Made by a program: the position numbers and the translations under genes. Below are positions 1 through 10,386 of a stretch of 64,000 bases of DNA, piece after piece. Each line of letters begins with the position of its first letter. Position 1 is the first letter of the stretch. The notes beneath the pieces were generated by a model. The model had not been told where the DNA came from. It made no database searches and saw only the letters and a list, made by a program, of their open reading frames with translations. Origin of the DNA: an uncultured Nitrospiraceae bacterium (GTDB lineage: Bacteria > Nitrospirota > Thermodesulfovibrionia > Thermodesulfovibrionales > Dissulfurispiraceae); contig CAVPIW010000010.1 of the NCBI GenBank assembly GCA_963705105.1, positions 32,001 through 96,000 of the forward strand, in the 5' to 3' direction.

Positions 1-1184
1 ACCCTGACGGCCAGCTCGGTATACTTCGCGTTGATGACGCAGGAGACCTTGATCTCGGACGTGCTGATCATGAGGATGTTGACGCCGTGCGTCGCCAGGG
101 TGCTGAACATCTGTGCGGCCACGCCGGAGTGGGTCCTCATGCCGACACCGACGACGGAGATCTTTGCGATGTCGTCACGCATCGCGACCCCCTTCGCCCC
201 GAGCATGTCGGCGAGATCCTGTGTCAGCTTCATCGCCTTTTTGCTCTCCGTTTTGGGCACCGTAAAGGAGATGTCCGCCGCTTTGCCGTCGCTGCTGACG
301 TTCTGCACGATCATGTCGACGACGATGTTGTTTTCGGCGATGCCCTTGAAGAGCTGCGCTGCGATGCCTGGCTTGTCGGGGACGCCGACGACGGTGATCT
401 TCGCCTGGTTCTTGTCGTATGCCACACCTGAGACCACAACCTCTTCCATATCCTTGTCCTCCTTGGTGACGAGCGTGCCGGGGTTATCATTGAAGCTCGA
501 CCGAACGACGACGGGCACACTATATTTCATGGCGAATTCGACGGAGCGGGTCTGGAGGACCTTGGCGCCGAGGCTCGCCAGTTCGAGCATTTCCTCATAG
601 GAGATTTTTTCCAGTTTCCGGGCCTCCGGGACGATGTTGGGGTCCGTCGTGTAGACGCCGTCCACGTCCGTGTAGATCTCGCAGAGGTCGGCATTCAGGG
701 CCGATGCGATGGCGACGGCCGAGAGGTCCGACCCGCCCCTGCCGAGGGTCGTCACATCTTCGCTCTCCGTGATCCCCTGGAAGCCGGCGATGACGATGAC
801 GTATCCCTTGTCGAGGGCCTTTTTCACGCGGTCCGCGTTGATCTTCGCTATCTTCGCCTTCGTGTGGACCGCGTCTGTGATGATGCCGACCTGTCGTCCC
901 GTGAAGGCCATGGCCTTCTGCCCGAGCTCTTCGACGGCCATGGCCGTCAGGGCGCTCGTAATCCGCTCGCCCGACGACAGGAGGAGGTCCATCTCCCTGT
1001 CACTGGGGTTCGAAGAGATCTTGTGGGCGAGGCTTATCAGGTTGTCCGTCTCGCCGGCCATGGCCGAAACGACGACGGCCACGCTGTTGCCCTCACGGGC
1101 GGTCTTGACGATGCGGCCCGCCACTGCCTTTATCCTCTCGACGTTGGCGACCGACGTTCCTCCGTATTTCTGAACGATCAGCAT
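1..1184 (-). CDS. lysC: Aspartate kinase (3' end runs off the window)
   Basis: My translation from ATG at 1184: [19 protein letters not shown]...[13 protein letters not shown]...[13 protein letters not shown], then ACT region (PDKPGIA). Missing from the ORF track because it has no stop in the window; TGATG overlap with the upstream gene. Confidence 0.95.
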   Translation of the reverse strand, partial: MLIVQKYGGTSVANVERIKAVAGRIVKTAREGNSVAVVVSAMAGETDNLISLAHKISSNPSDREMDLLLSSGERITSALTAMAVEELGQKAMAFTGRQVGIITDAVHTKAKIAKINADRVKKALDKGYVIVIAGFQGITESEDVTTLGRGGSDLSAVAIASALNADLCEIYTDVDGVYTTDPNIVPEARKLEKISYEEMLELASLGAKVLQTRSVEFAMKYSVPVVVRSSFNDNPGTLVTKEDKDMEEVVVSGVAYDKNQAKITVVGVPDKPGIAAQLFKGIAENNIVVDMIVQNVSSDGKAADISFTVPKTESKKAMKLTQDLADMLGAKGVAMRDDIAKISVVGVGMRTHSGVAAQMFSTLATHGVNILMISTSEIKVSCVINAKYTELAVR

Positions 1185-2404
1185 CAGTCCATTTCCTCCC
1201 TGATAAAGTAGTCCATGAGCGTGTATCCTTTCTCAACGGCCATGACCCCGGGCCTCTCCGTTATGGATTCGTCATAGGTGACACCATCATTGTCCCGCTT
1301 CATCCTGCTGTCGAAGATGACGAAGGGGACCGGCTCGGGCGTGTGGGTCTTCACTTCGACGGGCGTCGCATGGTCGGGCATGAGGAGGATCCGGTATTCG
1401 TCGAAACGCTCCTTCAGGCCCTGCATGACAGCGCCGACGACGAGCCTGTCGAAATCCTCGATGGCCTGTATCTTGTCGCGCCAGCTACCGGTGTGACCGG
1501 CCTCGTCGGGCGCCTCGACGTGGATGTAGACGAAATCGGTATCCCTCAGGGCATCCAGGGCATAGGCAGCCTTGCCCGCGTAGTTCGTGTCGAGCCAGCC
1601 CGTCACACCCGGCACCTGGAGGATGTCAAGACCCGCATAAATGCCGAGTCCCTTGGTCAGATCGACGGCCGATATGAGGGCCCCCTTCAGGCCGTACTTT
1701 TCCCTGTAGTCCGGCACCATGGGCTTTCTCCCCTGGCCCCACAGCCAGATGCTGGTAGCCGTCCTTTTGCCGTTTTCACGCCTCCGGAGGTTCACCGGGT
1801 GTCTCTCAAGGACCGGCACGGAGCGGGTCATGAGGTCCCGCAGGACCTTCCCGCCGTCACCCTCGGGGAGGTACGCCGCGATCTGCCTGTCTGTGATGTC
1901 ATGAGGCGGCGTGCACCGGATGTCGGTCTTCCCGTTTTTCCAGACGAGCAGATGGCGGTAGCTGACGCCGGGATGGAAGGTGAACTCATCGGAATCGAAT
2001 TCCTCCTTCAGTGCCTGGATGATCTCCCGCGCCTCTGCCGTCGTGATGTGACCGCTGCTGTAATCCTCCATGACGGCGTCCGAGCGGTCATCGTTGAACC
2101 GGAGGGTCACGAGATTGCACCGGTATGCGACATCACTGTCCTCGAGGGCGACGCCGATGCTTGCCGCTTCGAGAGGCGCCCTCCCGGTATAGAAGGACGC
2201 GGGGTTATAGCCCATGATACTCAGGTTGGCGACGTCGGAGCCCGGCGGAAAACCCTCCGGCACCGTCCGGACCCGGCCGATGATGCCATGCCGCGCCAGA
2301 CTGTCCATGTGTGGTATGTGGGCCTTTTGAAGAGGAGTCAGTCCCCCCAGCTCCCCGATGGGTCTGTCCGCCATCCCGTCGCCGATAATGACAATATATT
2401 TCAT
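1184..2404 (-). CDS. apgM: Cofactor-independent phosphoglycerate mutase, ApgM type (family proposed as an alternative homoserine kinase when next to hom/lysC)
   Basis: [23 protein letters not shown] and PDHATP metal-binding motifs. Confidence 0.9.
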   Translation of the reverse strand: MKYIVIIGDGMADRPIGELGGLTPLQKAHIPHMDSLARHGIIGRVRTVPEGFPPGSDVANLSIMGYNPASFYTGRAPLEAASIGVALEDSDVAYRCNLVTLRFNDDRSDAVMEDYSSGHITTAEAREIIQALKEEFDSDEFTFHPGVSYRHLLVWKNGKTDIRCTPPHDITDRQIAAYLPEGDGGKVLRDLMTRSVPVLERHPVNLRRRENGKRTATSIWLWGQGRKPMVPDYREKYGLKGALISAVDLTKGLGIYAGLDILQVPGVTGWLDTNYAGKAAYALDALRDTDFVYIHVEAPDEAGHTGSWRDKIQAIEDFDRLVVGAVMQGLKERFDEYRILLMPDHATPVEVKTHTPEPVPFVIFDSRMKRDNDGVTYDESITERPGVMAVEKGYTLMDYFIREEMD

Positions 2405-2640
2405 AGTGTCCCCTCGTTTCCCTCGATCACTTCTACCTCCACCCCTTCATCCCTGAGGGATTTGATGCCCCTCTCCACGTTATCCTCGGACCCCTCGAGG
2501 TCCAGGACAATTTCACCGACCGTTTCAGTAACCCTGGCCCTCCTGATGTTCGGCATCACGTCGTAGTTTTTCGCCATGGTAAAGATGACCGGTTCCTTGA
2601 TCAGACGCTGGGGAAATGTCAGCTTCACGCGCTTTTTCAT
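2401..2640 (-). CDS. NIL domain protein
   Basis: MKKRVKLTFPQRLIKEPVIF...NIRRARV...GEIVLDLEG is a typical stand-alone NIL; start moved to ATG 2640. Confidence 0.85.
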   Translation of the reverse strand: MKKRVKLTFPQRLIKEPVIFTMAKNYDVMPNIRRARVTETVGEIVLDLEGSEDNVERGIKSLRDEGVEVEVIEGNEGTL

Positions 2641-2709
2641 CGTCTGCTCCTTCCGCACGCAGGGCACGGGGAGGCCGTCATGCAGCGTCACGGGCGGGCT
2701 GCGCCGGGA

Positions 2710-2988
2710 TTACCGGTACCCGCCCGCTATGGCCGGCACGATCGAGATCTCGTCGCCGTCCTTGACGACGGTCTGCTCGGCCTGGAGGAAGCGGATGTCT
2801 TCCTCATTCACGTAAACATTCACGAACCGCCTGACTTTATTTGACTCCGTGATCCTTTCGGCGATGCCGGGATACCGGGCGTCGAGATCGAGGATCATGT
2901 CGATAATGGTTCCCGGTTTTCCCTCCACATCCTCTTTCCCCTGTGTCAGTCTCTGGAGAGGAGTAGGGATTCTCACGATGACTGCCAT
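2710..2988 (-). CDS. Ubiquitin-like sulfur carrier (MoaD/ThiS/CysO family) with C-terminal GG-YR extension
   Basis: VRIPTPL...FVNVYVNEEDIRFL...GDEISIVPAIAGG; GGAGG RBS before ATG 2988. Confidence 0.92.
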   Translation of the reverse strand: MAVIVRIPTPLQRLTQGKEDVEGKPGTIIDMILDLDARYPGIAERITESNKVRRFVNVYVNEEDIRFLQAEQTVVKDGDEISIVPAIAGGYR

Positions 2989-3114
2989 GCTGCCACCTCC
3001 CTGTGATATTGAAAAGTGCCCCGATCCCGGCAACATGCCGGGGGACTAATACTACGATAAAATAAAGTAATATTTTACTCTAAAGGGAGATGAAATGGAA
3101 ACAGAGACTTCCCG

Positions 3115-3519
3115 TCACGGGGTCTCCCCTTTGACGATGATCTCCGTCTCCCCGATGGCGCCATGCCTGATCGTGAAGGCCTTCACCGACGGCGTCGGGT
3201 CCATCAGGCTGACGATCACATAGACCACATCGTCATAAAAGGCAAGGTTCACATCCGTCCCGGAAGGGTAGGCGGGGGAGGTCGGGTGGGAGTGAAAGAT
3301 CGCCGCCATGGAGATGCCCCTGGCCCGCATGTCCTTCATGACGGCAAACTGCTCCTTTGAGTCCATCAGGTACGTGACGGGGGACTGCTCGGTATTCGTC
3401 ATCGGGTAGAAGGCCGTAATCTCGTCGCCCCTGCCGGCGAGGATGCCGCATGCTTCATTCGGGAAGCAGGCCCGGCAATGGGCGATCATGTCATCGTATA
3501 TGGATGCCGGAATGACCAT
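3115..3519 (-). CDS. JAMM/Mov34 metallopeptidase (Mec-like sulfur-carrier peptidase)
   Basis: PNEACG...HSHPTSPAYPSGTD JAMM motif. Confidence 0.92.
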   Translation of the reverse strand: MVIPASIYDDMIAHCRACFPNEACGILAGRGDEITAFYPMTNTEQSPVTYLMDSKEQFAVMKDMRARGISMAAIFHSHPTSPAYPSGTDVNLAFYDDVVYVIVSLMDPTPSVKAFTIRHGAIGETEIIVKGETP

Positions 3520-3594
3520 GCCTGCTATTTCATTTCATTAGTGTCCAAAATAACGTGATACGAGGATAGGGCGTGATTTCTCAGCAAAATAAAC

Positions 3595-3887
3595 CCTTAT
3601 CACCGCAATGAGATCTCCGGAAAGACGGGGCGGAGATGCCACCGTAAGAAGTCATTGAGTCATTGAGTCATTCGTCAGCGCTCGACGTCGCAACGAGGCC
3701 ACGAACGCGTCGACGGGAAGGCTGATGTGGTGAAAAGCCTTTCCGCTAAGATACCTTACTCGTCCCCAGACCACCCTTTGCCGTGTCCATCGATACCATA
3801 AGCCCGTCAGGCAACAGGCGCTGAACACCTGGAGATGTCTTATCACCGCATTGGAAAGGCTTTGAACCATATCTGCCTTCCCGGAGG
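3595..3887. repeat. Composite palindromic element (family A left arm + 8-mer tandem + family B core)
   Basis: B core GGGAAGGCTGATGTGG...CCATATCTGCCTTCCC at 3715-3883 is near-identical to 43286-43450 and 48996-49164. Confidence 0.9.
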
Positions 3888-3898
3888 GATCACCGGTC

Positions 3899-4699
3899 TC
3901 AGAGCCTGCAGTACCCGGGGTCGTAATCGGCCAGTTCCGTAATAGTCGGGTGGTCGCTGCACACGGGACAGTGAGGGTTCCTCGGCACTCTCACCCGCCT
4001 GAAAGTGGTCCTCAGGGCGTCATAGATGAGGAGCACGCCCTTCAGGACGTCTCCCTTGCCGAGGATCAGCTTGAGCACTTCCGTCGCCTGCAGGGCACCG
4101 ACGACGCCGGTGATGGCGCCGAGCACCCCGGCCTCCTGACAGGAGGGCACGAGGCCGGGCGGCGGCATTTCCTCGAAGAGACAGCGGTAGCAGTGGCCCT
4201 CGCCCGGAATGACCGTCGTGACCTGTCCCTCGAACCTCAGGATGGCCCCGCTTACCAGGGGCTTCTTCATCATGACGCAGGCGTCATTGACAAGATAGCG
4301 GGTGGGAAAGTTGTCCGACCCGTCGACGACGATGTCATAGTCGCCCATGAAGTCCCGGATGTTGTCTTTCGTCAGCCTTTCCTGAATGGCCACGACCCTG
4401 ACATCCGTATTGAGCGCCTCGAAGGTGGCCTTCGCCGACAGCACCTTCGGCATGCCGAGGGTCTTCGTGCTGTGCGCGATCTGCCTCTGGAGGTTGCTCA
4501 GCTCCACCTCGTCATTATCGACCATCCCGATGGTCCCGACACCCGCAGCGGCAAGGTAGTAGCCCACGGGACAGCCCAGTCCCCCGGCGCCGATGATGAG
4601 CACCTTCGCCTGGAGGATCTTCTTCTGGCCCTTGCCGCCCACCTCGGGGAGGATGATGTGACGGCTGTACCGCTGTATCTGCTTCTCCGAAAACTCCAT
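3899..4699 (-). CDS. moeB: MoeB/ThiF/HesA-family adenylyltransferase (E1-like)
   Basis: RYSRHI, GAGGLG, SNLQRQI, CYRC and CPVC zinc pairs, catalytic Cys in PSCQEAG. Confidence 0.92.
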   Translation of the reverse strand: MEFSEKQIQRYSRHIILPEVGGKGQKKILQAKVLIIGAGGLGCPVGYYLAAAGVGTIGMVDNDEVELSNLQRQIAHSTKTLGMPKVLSAKATFEALNTDVRVVAIQERLTKDNIRDFMGDYDIVVDGSDNFPTRYLVNDACVMMKKPLVSGAILRFEGQVTTVIPGEGHCYRCLFEEMPPPGLVPSCQEAGVLGAITGVVGALQATEVLKLILGKGDVLKGVLLIYDALRTTFRRVRVPRNPHCPVCSDHPTITELADYDPGYCRL

Positions 4700-4704
4700 C
4701 TCCC

Positions 4705-4962
4705 CTACTCCTTCTCTTTCCTGATCACAAGCACCCAGTCCGTGTCGTTGATCTTTTCAACCTTCAGCACCGTCTGCCCATGGTCCTGCATGGATTTCGG
4801 GATGCTCCGGGCCGCTTCCTCGTAATCGAGGAGTATTTCAATGACTTCGCCGACCTCCATGTCCTCCACGGCGAGCTTGGATTTGACGAACGTATAGGGG
4901 CAGACGAGCCCCTTGATGTTGATCTTCCTGTCCACTGCGATCTGTTCCATGCCTGAGTTCAC
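4705..4962 (-). CDS. TusA/SirA-family sulfurtransferase
   Basis: KGLVCPYT (CP motif); AGGAGG precedes GTG 4962. Confidence 0.88.
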   Translation of the reverse strand: MNSGMEQIAVDRKINIKGLVCPYTFVKSKLAVEDMEVGEVIEILLDYEEAARSIPKSMQDHGQTVLKVEKINDTDWVLVIRKEKE

Positions 4963-4965
4963 CTG

Positions 4966-6279
4966 TTACGCCTCCTTGCCTTCCACCCTGATGAAAACCG
5001 TCCTGTCCGATACGACGGGCAGGCTGTCGATTTCCTGTATGGCGCGGATCACGCCATGCTCGCGGGCCCGGTGTGTCAAAACGACGAGCGGAACGGAGCC
5101 CCCGATGCGCCGGCCCTTCTGGATGACCGACGCGATGCTGATGTTGTTGTCGCCGAGAATGCCCGATATTTTCGAGAGCACCCCCGGCTCGTCCATCGCC
5201 GAGAATCTGAAGTAGTATTTGCTCTCGATATCACCGATCTTCCTGATCTTTTTCCCGGCAGCGGACGGCCCGCCCCAGAAGGAGGGACGCGCCATGGCGC
5301 ACCCCGACAGGATCTTCTTGCCGATATCGACGATGTCGGCGACGACGGCGCTTCCCGTGGGGAGGTCCCCCGCTCCCCTGCCGTAGAAGAGGGCCGATCC
5401 CACAGCGTCCCCTTCGACGTAGATGGCGTTGAAGACGCCGTCGACCTTCGATATCAGGTATTCGTTGGGGACCATTGTCGGATGGACCCTCATTTCGATT
5501 TCATCACCCGAGAGTTTCGCAATCGCCAGGAGTTTCACCTTGTACCCCAGTTCAGAGGCGAACTCGATGTCCTGGGCCGTTATCCTCGTGATGCCCTCGC
5601 AATAGACCTGGTCGTAGGAAAGGGGGATCCCGTAGGCGAGGGATGCAAGGATGGTGAGCTTGTGCGCCGAATCGAAGCCCTCGATGTCAAAGGTGGGGTC
5701 GGCCTCGGCATATCCGAGGGCCTGCGCTTCGGCGAGCGCTTCCGAGAATTCCACCTTTTCGTTCGTCATCTTCGTGAGGATATAGTTCGACGTGCCGTTG
5801 ATGATGCCGTAGACGGCGAGTATCCGGTTGGCCACGAGACCTTCTCTCAGCACCTTGATGACCGGTATGCCGCCAGCGACGGATGCCTCGAACCCCACAT
5901 CGACGCCCTGGCGGGCCGCCTCCGTAAATATATCATTCCCCTCCGTGGCCAGGAGGGCCTTGTTCGCCGTGACGACGTGCTTCTTCGAGCCGATCGCCCC
6001 GAGAATGAATTCCTTTGCAGGATGGGTCCCGCCGATGAGCTCCACGACGACATCCACATCAGGGTCTCCAAGGATGGCCTGCACGTCCGTCGTGAGCATG
6101 CCGGTCGGGAGCCTGATGCCGCGGTCCCGTTCGATATCGAGGTCCGCGATCTTCCTGATGACGATATCGAAGCCCGCTCTTTCCCTGATGAGGTCCCCGT
6201 TTTCGAGCAGGATCTTTGCCGTCCCGCTGCCGACGGTGCCGAAACCGATGATGCCGACGTTGATGCTGTTCTTCTTCAT
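4966..6279 (-). CDS. hom: Homoserine dehydrogenase with C-terminal ACT domain
   Basis: GFGTVG, VVTANKA, EASVAGGIP, INGTSNYIL, GYAEADP. Confidence 0.97.
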   Translation of the reverse strand: MKKNSINVGIIGFGTVGSGTAKILLENGDLIRERAGFDIVIRKIADLDIERDRGIRLPTGMLTTDVQAILGDPDVDVVVELIGGTHPAKEFILGAIGSKKHVVTANKALLATEGNDIFTEAARQGVDVGFEASVAGGIPVIKVLREGLVANRILAVYGIINGTSNYILTKMTNEKVEFSEALAEAQALGYAEADPTFDIEGFDSAHKLTILASLAYGIPLSYDQVYCEGITRITAQDIEFASELGYKVKLLAIAKLSGDEIEMRVHPTMVPNEYLISKVDGVFNAIYVEGDAVGSALFYGRGAGDLPTGSAVVADIVDIGKKILSGCAMARPSFWGGPSAAGKKIRKIGDIESKYYFRFSAMDEPGVLSKISGILGDNNISIASVIQKGRRIGGSVPLVVLTHRAREHGVIRAIQEIDSLPVVSDRTVFIRVEGKEA

Positions 6280-6334
6280 GATCCTATGCTTTCCCTCGTC
6301 ATGTTCATCTGCGCTGCATCAGCAGCTTTATCGT

Positions 6335-6530
6335 ATCGTTGGAGTAGGACCTCCGGAAAGGCGGGGCAAAGATGCCGAAAAGCCTTGGTGCTGCGAAACC
6401 TTTGCCTTCCCATGAGGATCATTTCAGGCCCACGGTTTATGACACAAAGGATGGAATCCTGAATATCCAATTTCAAATGATTATCCTCGCTATCAGCAAG
6501 GCATTGAGGCATTTTGTCCCGCCTTTTCAT
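6335..6530. repeat. Family A palindromic element
   Basis: Ends GGAAAGGCGGGG and CCCGCCTTTTCAT; internal GCCGAAAAGCCTTGGTGCTGCGAAACC shared with other copies. Confidence 0.92.
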
Positions 6531-6537
6531 ACCATGT

Positions 6538-7713
6538 TCACTTGTTCAGGGCCTTCTTGATCCCTTTGACGGCCTGCCGTATCCTGTGCTCGTTCTCGAC
6601 AAGGGCGAACCGCACGAATCCCTCGCCGCCCTCTCCGAAGCCGATGCCGGGCGAGACGGCGACCTTCGCCTCGGCGATCAGGTATTTGCAGAATTCGAGG
6701 GACCCCATGCTCCTGAAAGCCTCGGGGATCCCGGCCCAGACGAACATCGTGGCCCTGGGAGGCTCGATCTTCCAGCCGGCCCTGTTCAGGCCTTTGACCA
6801 GCACGTCTCTCCTCGATTCATAGGTCTTCCTGATGTCCTCGACGCAGTCCTGGGGCCCCCGCAGAGCGACGATGCTCGCGATCTGGATGGGCTGGAACAT
6901 GCCGTAGTCGAGGTAACTCTTGATCTTGATAAGGGCGCCGACAATGTCCCTGTTTCCGACGCAGAACCCGACCCTCCAGCCTGCCATGGAATAGCTCTTG
7001 GTCATGGAGAAGACCTCGACGCCGATGTCCTTCGCTCCCGGCACCTGGAGAAAGCTGGGCGCCCTGTAATCGTCGAAGCACAGGTCGGCATATGCGAAGT
7101 CGTGGATGACGAAGACGTTGTTTTCCTTTGCAAAATCGACGACTTTTCTGAAAAAGTCGAGGCCGTCAACGACCATCGTCGTCGGGTTGTGAGGAAAATT
7201 GATGATGAGCATCTTCGGTCTCGGCCAGGATGTCCTGAATGCCCGCTCCAGTTCCCCGAAGAAATCGATGCCGGGACCGATGGGGACGCTGATCACCTCA
7301 CCGCCGGCGATGATGACGCTGTAAGGGTGGATCGGGTAGGCCGGCGCCGGTGTCATGACGAGGTCTCCCGGCTGGACCGTCGCAAGGACGAGATGGGAGA
7401 GGCCCTCCTTGGAGCCGATCGTGACGACCGCCTCCGATTCCGGATCGATGTCGACGTTGAATCTCCTCGCGTACCATTCCGAGATGGCCATCCTGAGCTG
7501 GGTGATGCCCTTCGACGCGGAGTACCGGTGGTTCTTCGGGTTCCTTGAGGCCTCACGGAGCTTGTCGATGATGTGCTTCGGCGTGGGGAGATCGGGGTTG
7601 CCCATGCCGAGGTCGATGACATCCTCCCCCCGTCTCCGGTAGTCCATTTTCAGGGTGTTGACGATCGCAAAGACATAAGGCGGAAGTCTTTTTATCCTGT
7701 TGAATTCAAACAT
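6538..7713 (-). CDS. alaC: Class I PLP aminotransferase (AlaC / LL-DAP aminotransferase-like)
   Basis: [41 protein letters not shown]; start at ATG 7713. Confidence 0.85.
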   Translation of the reverse strand: MFEFNRIKRLPPYVFAIVNTLKMDYRRRGEDVIDLGMGNPDLPTPKHIIDKLREASRNPKNHRYSASKGITQLRMAISEWYARRFNVDIDPESEAVVTIGSKEGLSHLVLATVQPGDLVMTPAPAYPIHPYSVIIAGGEVISVPIGPGIDFFGELERAFRTSWPRPKMLIINFPHNPTTMVVDGLDFFRKVVDFAKENNVFVIHDFAYADLCFDDYRAPSFLQVPGAKDIGVEVFSMTKSYSMAGWRVGFCVGNRDIVGALIKIKSYLDYGMFQPIQIASIVALRGPQDCVEDIRKTYESRRDVLVKGLNRAGWKIEPPRATMFVWAGIPEAFRSMGSLEFCKYLIAEAKVAVSPGIGFGEGGEGFVRFALVENEHRIRQAVKGIKKALNK

Positions 7714-8554
7714 CTCTTCTCCCTCTATACATCTCATCGGCGTTCATGGAGCTCCTGACGAGCGGTCCCGAGGCGACGAACCCGAACCCCGCCGCATAGG
7801 CACGCTGCTTCAGGTGTTCGAAGAATTCCGGTCTCCTGTATTCGACGACGGGCATGTTCGCCTTGCCCGGCCGGAGATACTGACCGATGGTGATCATGTC
7901 GCACGCCGCCTCTCTCACGTCATGAAAGAGCTCTTCTATCTCCCGGGCCTCCTCGCCGAGACCGACCATGAGGCCCGTTTTCATTTTTATGTGGGGAGCC
8001 AGTTCCTTTGCATTGCGCAGCACCTCCAGCGAGCGTTCATATAACGCCTGGGGCCTCACTGATGCGTAGAGCCTTCTCACCGTTTCCATGTTGTGGTTAA
8101 AGACATCCGGTCCCGCTTCGAGCACCGTCTCGATCGACTCCCGGCGGCCGAGGAAATCGGGCGTGAGCACCTCGATCCCCGCCCCGGGCAGGACCTTCCT
8201 GATCTCCCGGATTGCCGAAGCGAACTGACTCGCCCCGCCGTCATGCAGATCATCCCTCGTGACGGATGTCACAACGACATAGGTCAGGTCCATGTCGCTT
8301 GCAGCCCGGGCGACGCGCCCCGGTTCTCCGGGGTCCGGCGCTGAGGGTTTGCCGTGCGCCACGGCGCAAAACCGGCATGACCGCGTGCAAAGCTCCCCCA
8401 AAATGAGAAATGTCGCCGTCGGTCTTGAAAAGCAGAAACCCCTGTTGGGACATCGGGCCTGCTCGCAAACCGTGGCGACCTGACGGTTCCTCAGTACTCT
8501 CTTCGTCGCATGCTGCCCCGAAGCCTTAACCTTCAGCCAGTCGGGAAGAGGCAT
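7706..8554 (-). CDS. lipA: Lipoyl synthase
   Basis: [42 protein letters not shown]. Confidence 0.95.
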   Translation of the reverse strand: MPLPDWLKVKASGQHATKRVLRNRQVATVCEQARCPNRGFCFSRPTATFLILGELCTRSCRFCAVAHGKPSAPDPGEPGRVARAASDMDLTYVVVTSVTRDDLHDGGASQFASAIREIRKVLPGAGIEVLTPDFLGRRESIETVLEAGPDVFNHNMETVRRLYASVRPQALYERSLEVLRNAKELAPHIKMKTGLMVGLGEEAREIEELFHDVREAACDMITIGQYLRPGKANMPVVEYRRPEFFEHLKQRAYAAGFGFVASGPLVRSSMNADEMYRGRRDV

Positions 8555-8565
8555 GACCTTTCAGT

Positions 8566-8746
8566 GCATGAAAAGGCGGGGCGAAGCGCCTCAAAGCCTT
8601 GCTGAAGGCGACGATACGCATTGTCAGCTCCGTGTTTCACGAATCCACTCTTTGTGTCATCGACCATCGGCCTGAGTCGTCGTCTTCCGTGGCGGTTTCG
8701 GTGTCGCCGCACCAAGGTTTTCGGCGCATACACCCCGCCTTTCCGA
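8566..8746. repeat. Family A element (reverse orientation, variant core)
   Basis: GCATGAAAAGGCGGGGCGAAGCGCCTCAAAGCCTTGCTGA...CACCAAGGTTTTCGGCGCATACACCCCGCCTTTCC. Confidence 0.88.
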
Positions 8747-8832
8747 CAGTGTATTTCATCAATAAGGATAATTTTTTAGAATACAGGAAAAGACGATGAT
8801 ATGACAAGAAAAAGGGGCGGCGGGGTGTTTTG

Positions 8833-8855
8833 AAAGGGCCCTCCGTCGAGGGCCC
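8833..8855 (-). terminator. Putative intrinsic terminator of the cold-shock gene
   Basis: GGGCCCTC-4nt-GAGGGCCC stem followed by TTT on the minus strand, just after the stop. Confidence 0.6.
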
Positions 8856-8865
8856 GTGTGGTCGA

Positions 8866-9069
8866 CTATATTTTTACTACGTTGGCAGCCTTCGGTCCGC
8901 GATCGCCTTCGACGATCTCGAACTGAACCTTCTGGCCTTCTGTGAGCGTCTTGAATCCATCACCCTTAATGGAAGAGTAATGGACAAAGACATCCGGTCC
9001 GTTGTCCTGCTGGATGAAACCAAAACCCTTCGACTCGTTGAACCACTTCACCTTACCTTCAAAAGCCAT
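8866..9069 (-). CDS. cspA: Cold-shock protein
   Basis: [22 protein letters not shown] (RNP1/RNP2). Confidence 0.95.
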   Translation of the reverse strand: MAFEGKVKWFNESKGFGFIQQDNGPDVFVHYSSIKGDGFKTLTEGQKVQFEIVEGDRGPKAANVVKI

Positions 9070-9164
9070 GCGACGAAGACCTCCTTCTTAATCCTGAAAA
9101 AACAGGTTACTATGCCCGCATGAGGAGCGGGTAGCAGATTTATACCATGAGTCCCGATCAAAAG

Positions 9165-9971
9165 TCAAAGGAAATCATGCCCCCCTTCCGACCTTTTCGC
9201 CTCGTCCCAGAGGGCGTCCATTTCATCAAGGGACATCCCGGAGAGATCTCTGCCCGATTCCGCCGCTTTGCTTTCGATCATGCGGAAGCGCCGCGTAAAC
9301 TTTTCATTCGTTTTCCTTAGGGCCTCCTCGGAGTTGATGCGCAGAAAACGGGAGATGTTGACGAGGGAAAAGAGGATGTCTCCGAGCTCGTCCTCCATAC
9401 GCCCCCGCTCCCCACTTTCGACGGCCTCGTCGAACTCCCGGAGCTCCTCCCTCAGTTTTTCGAAGACATCCTCCACCCGTTTCCAGTCGAAACCGACCCT
9501 GGCAGCCCTCGCCTGGAGCCTCTGCGCCCTTAGAAGGGACGGCAGTGCCTTCGGGACCCCTTCGAGCATCGACTCCCGGTATTTCCCCTCTTCTCTCTTC
9601 CGTTCGTGCCACTGTCGTGACACAGCCCTCGCCGTGTCGAAACGGGCGTCTCCGAAGACGTGAGGGTGGCGTCCCACCATCTTGTCCGTTATTTTGGCAA
9701 TGACGTCGTCGATGCCGAATTCACCCCTCTCCCTGCCGATCTGGCAGTGAAAGACGATTTGAAAAAGGAGGTCCCCCAGTTCCTCCATGATCTGCGATGG
9801 GTCGCCGGCATCGAGGGCCTCGATCAGCTCGTAGGCTTCCTCGATGAGATAGGGTTTCAACGATTCCCGGGTCTGCTCCCTGTCCCAGGGGCACCCTTCG
9901 GCGGAGCGCAGTTTCTCCATGATATCGACGAGCCGTTTAAAATTGTCTATAGGGTGACGTTCTCTCTTCAA
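9165..9971 (-). CDS. mazG: Nucleoside triphosphate pyrophosphohydrolase
   Basis: GCPWDREQT, EEAYEL, EELGDLL, RHPHVF, second DELGD. Confidence 0.95.
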   Translation of the reverse strand: MKRERHPIDNFKRLVDIMEKLRSAEGCPWDREQTRESLKPYLIEEAYELIEALDAGDPSQIMEELGDLLFQIVFHCQIGRERGEFGIDDVIAKITDKMVGRHPHVFGDARFDTARAVSRQWHERKREEGKYRESMLEGVPKALPSLLRAQRLQARAARVGFDWKRVEDVFEKLREELREFDEAVESGERGRMEDELGDILFSLVNISRFLRINSEEALRKTNEKFTRRFRMIESKAAESGRDLSGMSLDEMDALWDEAKRSEGGHDFL

Positions 9972-9994
9972 ATTCCTTCCTGCACAGTAGGAGC

Positions 9995-10172
9995 TGCAAG
10001 AAAAGGCGGGGCAAAGCGCCTCAAAGCCTTGCTAATTGCGAGGATGATCATTTTTAAATTGGATATTAAGCATTCCATCCGCCCTGTCATCCGCCGTCGG
10101 CTGAAATGATCCGCATGGGAAGGCAAAGGTTTCGCAGCACCAAGGCTTTTCGGCACATTCGCCCCGCCTTTC
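9995..10172. repeat. Family A element (reverse)
   Basis: Reverse-complement match to 6335-6530. Confidence 0.9.
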
Positions 10173-10212
10173 GCAGCGCGGTCCGCAACACTCAGGATAA
10201 CCCGACGAGGAC

Positions 10213-10269
10213 AGGGTGTGGTTTCTGAAGCAAAATTCACGGGTACCGCGAACTGCGGCGGGAGACGAA
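10213..10269. repeat. 57-bp dispersed direct repeat, copy 1
   Basis: AGGGTGTGGTTTCTGAAGCAAAATTCACGGGTAC...GCGGCGGGAG recurs at 15810-15866. Confidence 0.85.
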
Positions 10270-10386
10270 GGCGCAAGCCGCAGCGGGAGCCGCACAGTGT
10301 ATTTATGAGAACCGTATCTTCATAACAAGGCAAGCACAAGAGGAAAGGTAGTTTATTTTGCGAAGAAATCATGCCCTGTCCTCGTG

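Noticed and set aside
3890..3910. MoeB ending C-R-L-TGA as a CxxU selenoprotein motif
   Set aside because: It is the normal length for the family, a second TGA follows two codons later, and the downstream sequence is a repeat with no convincing SECIS.
6276..6560. Recurrent short ORFs with KSLGAAKPLPS or MKRRDKVPQSLADS (also near 10032, 11312, 41002, 44832, 48879, 51737)
   Set aside because: They are translations of the family A/B repeats; frames and lengths are inconsistent between copies.
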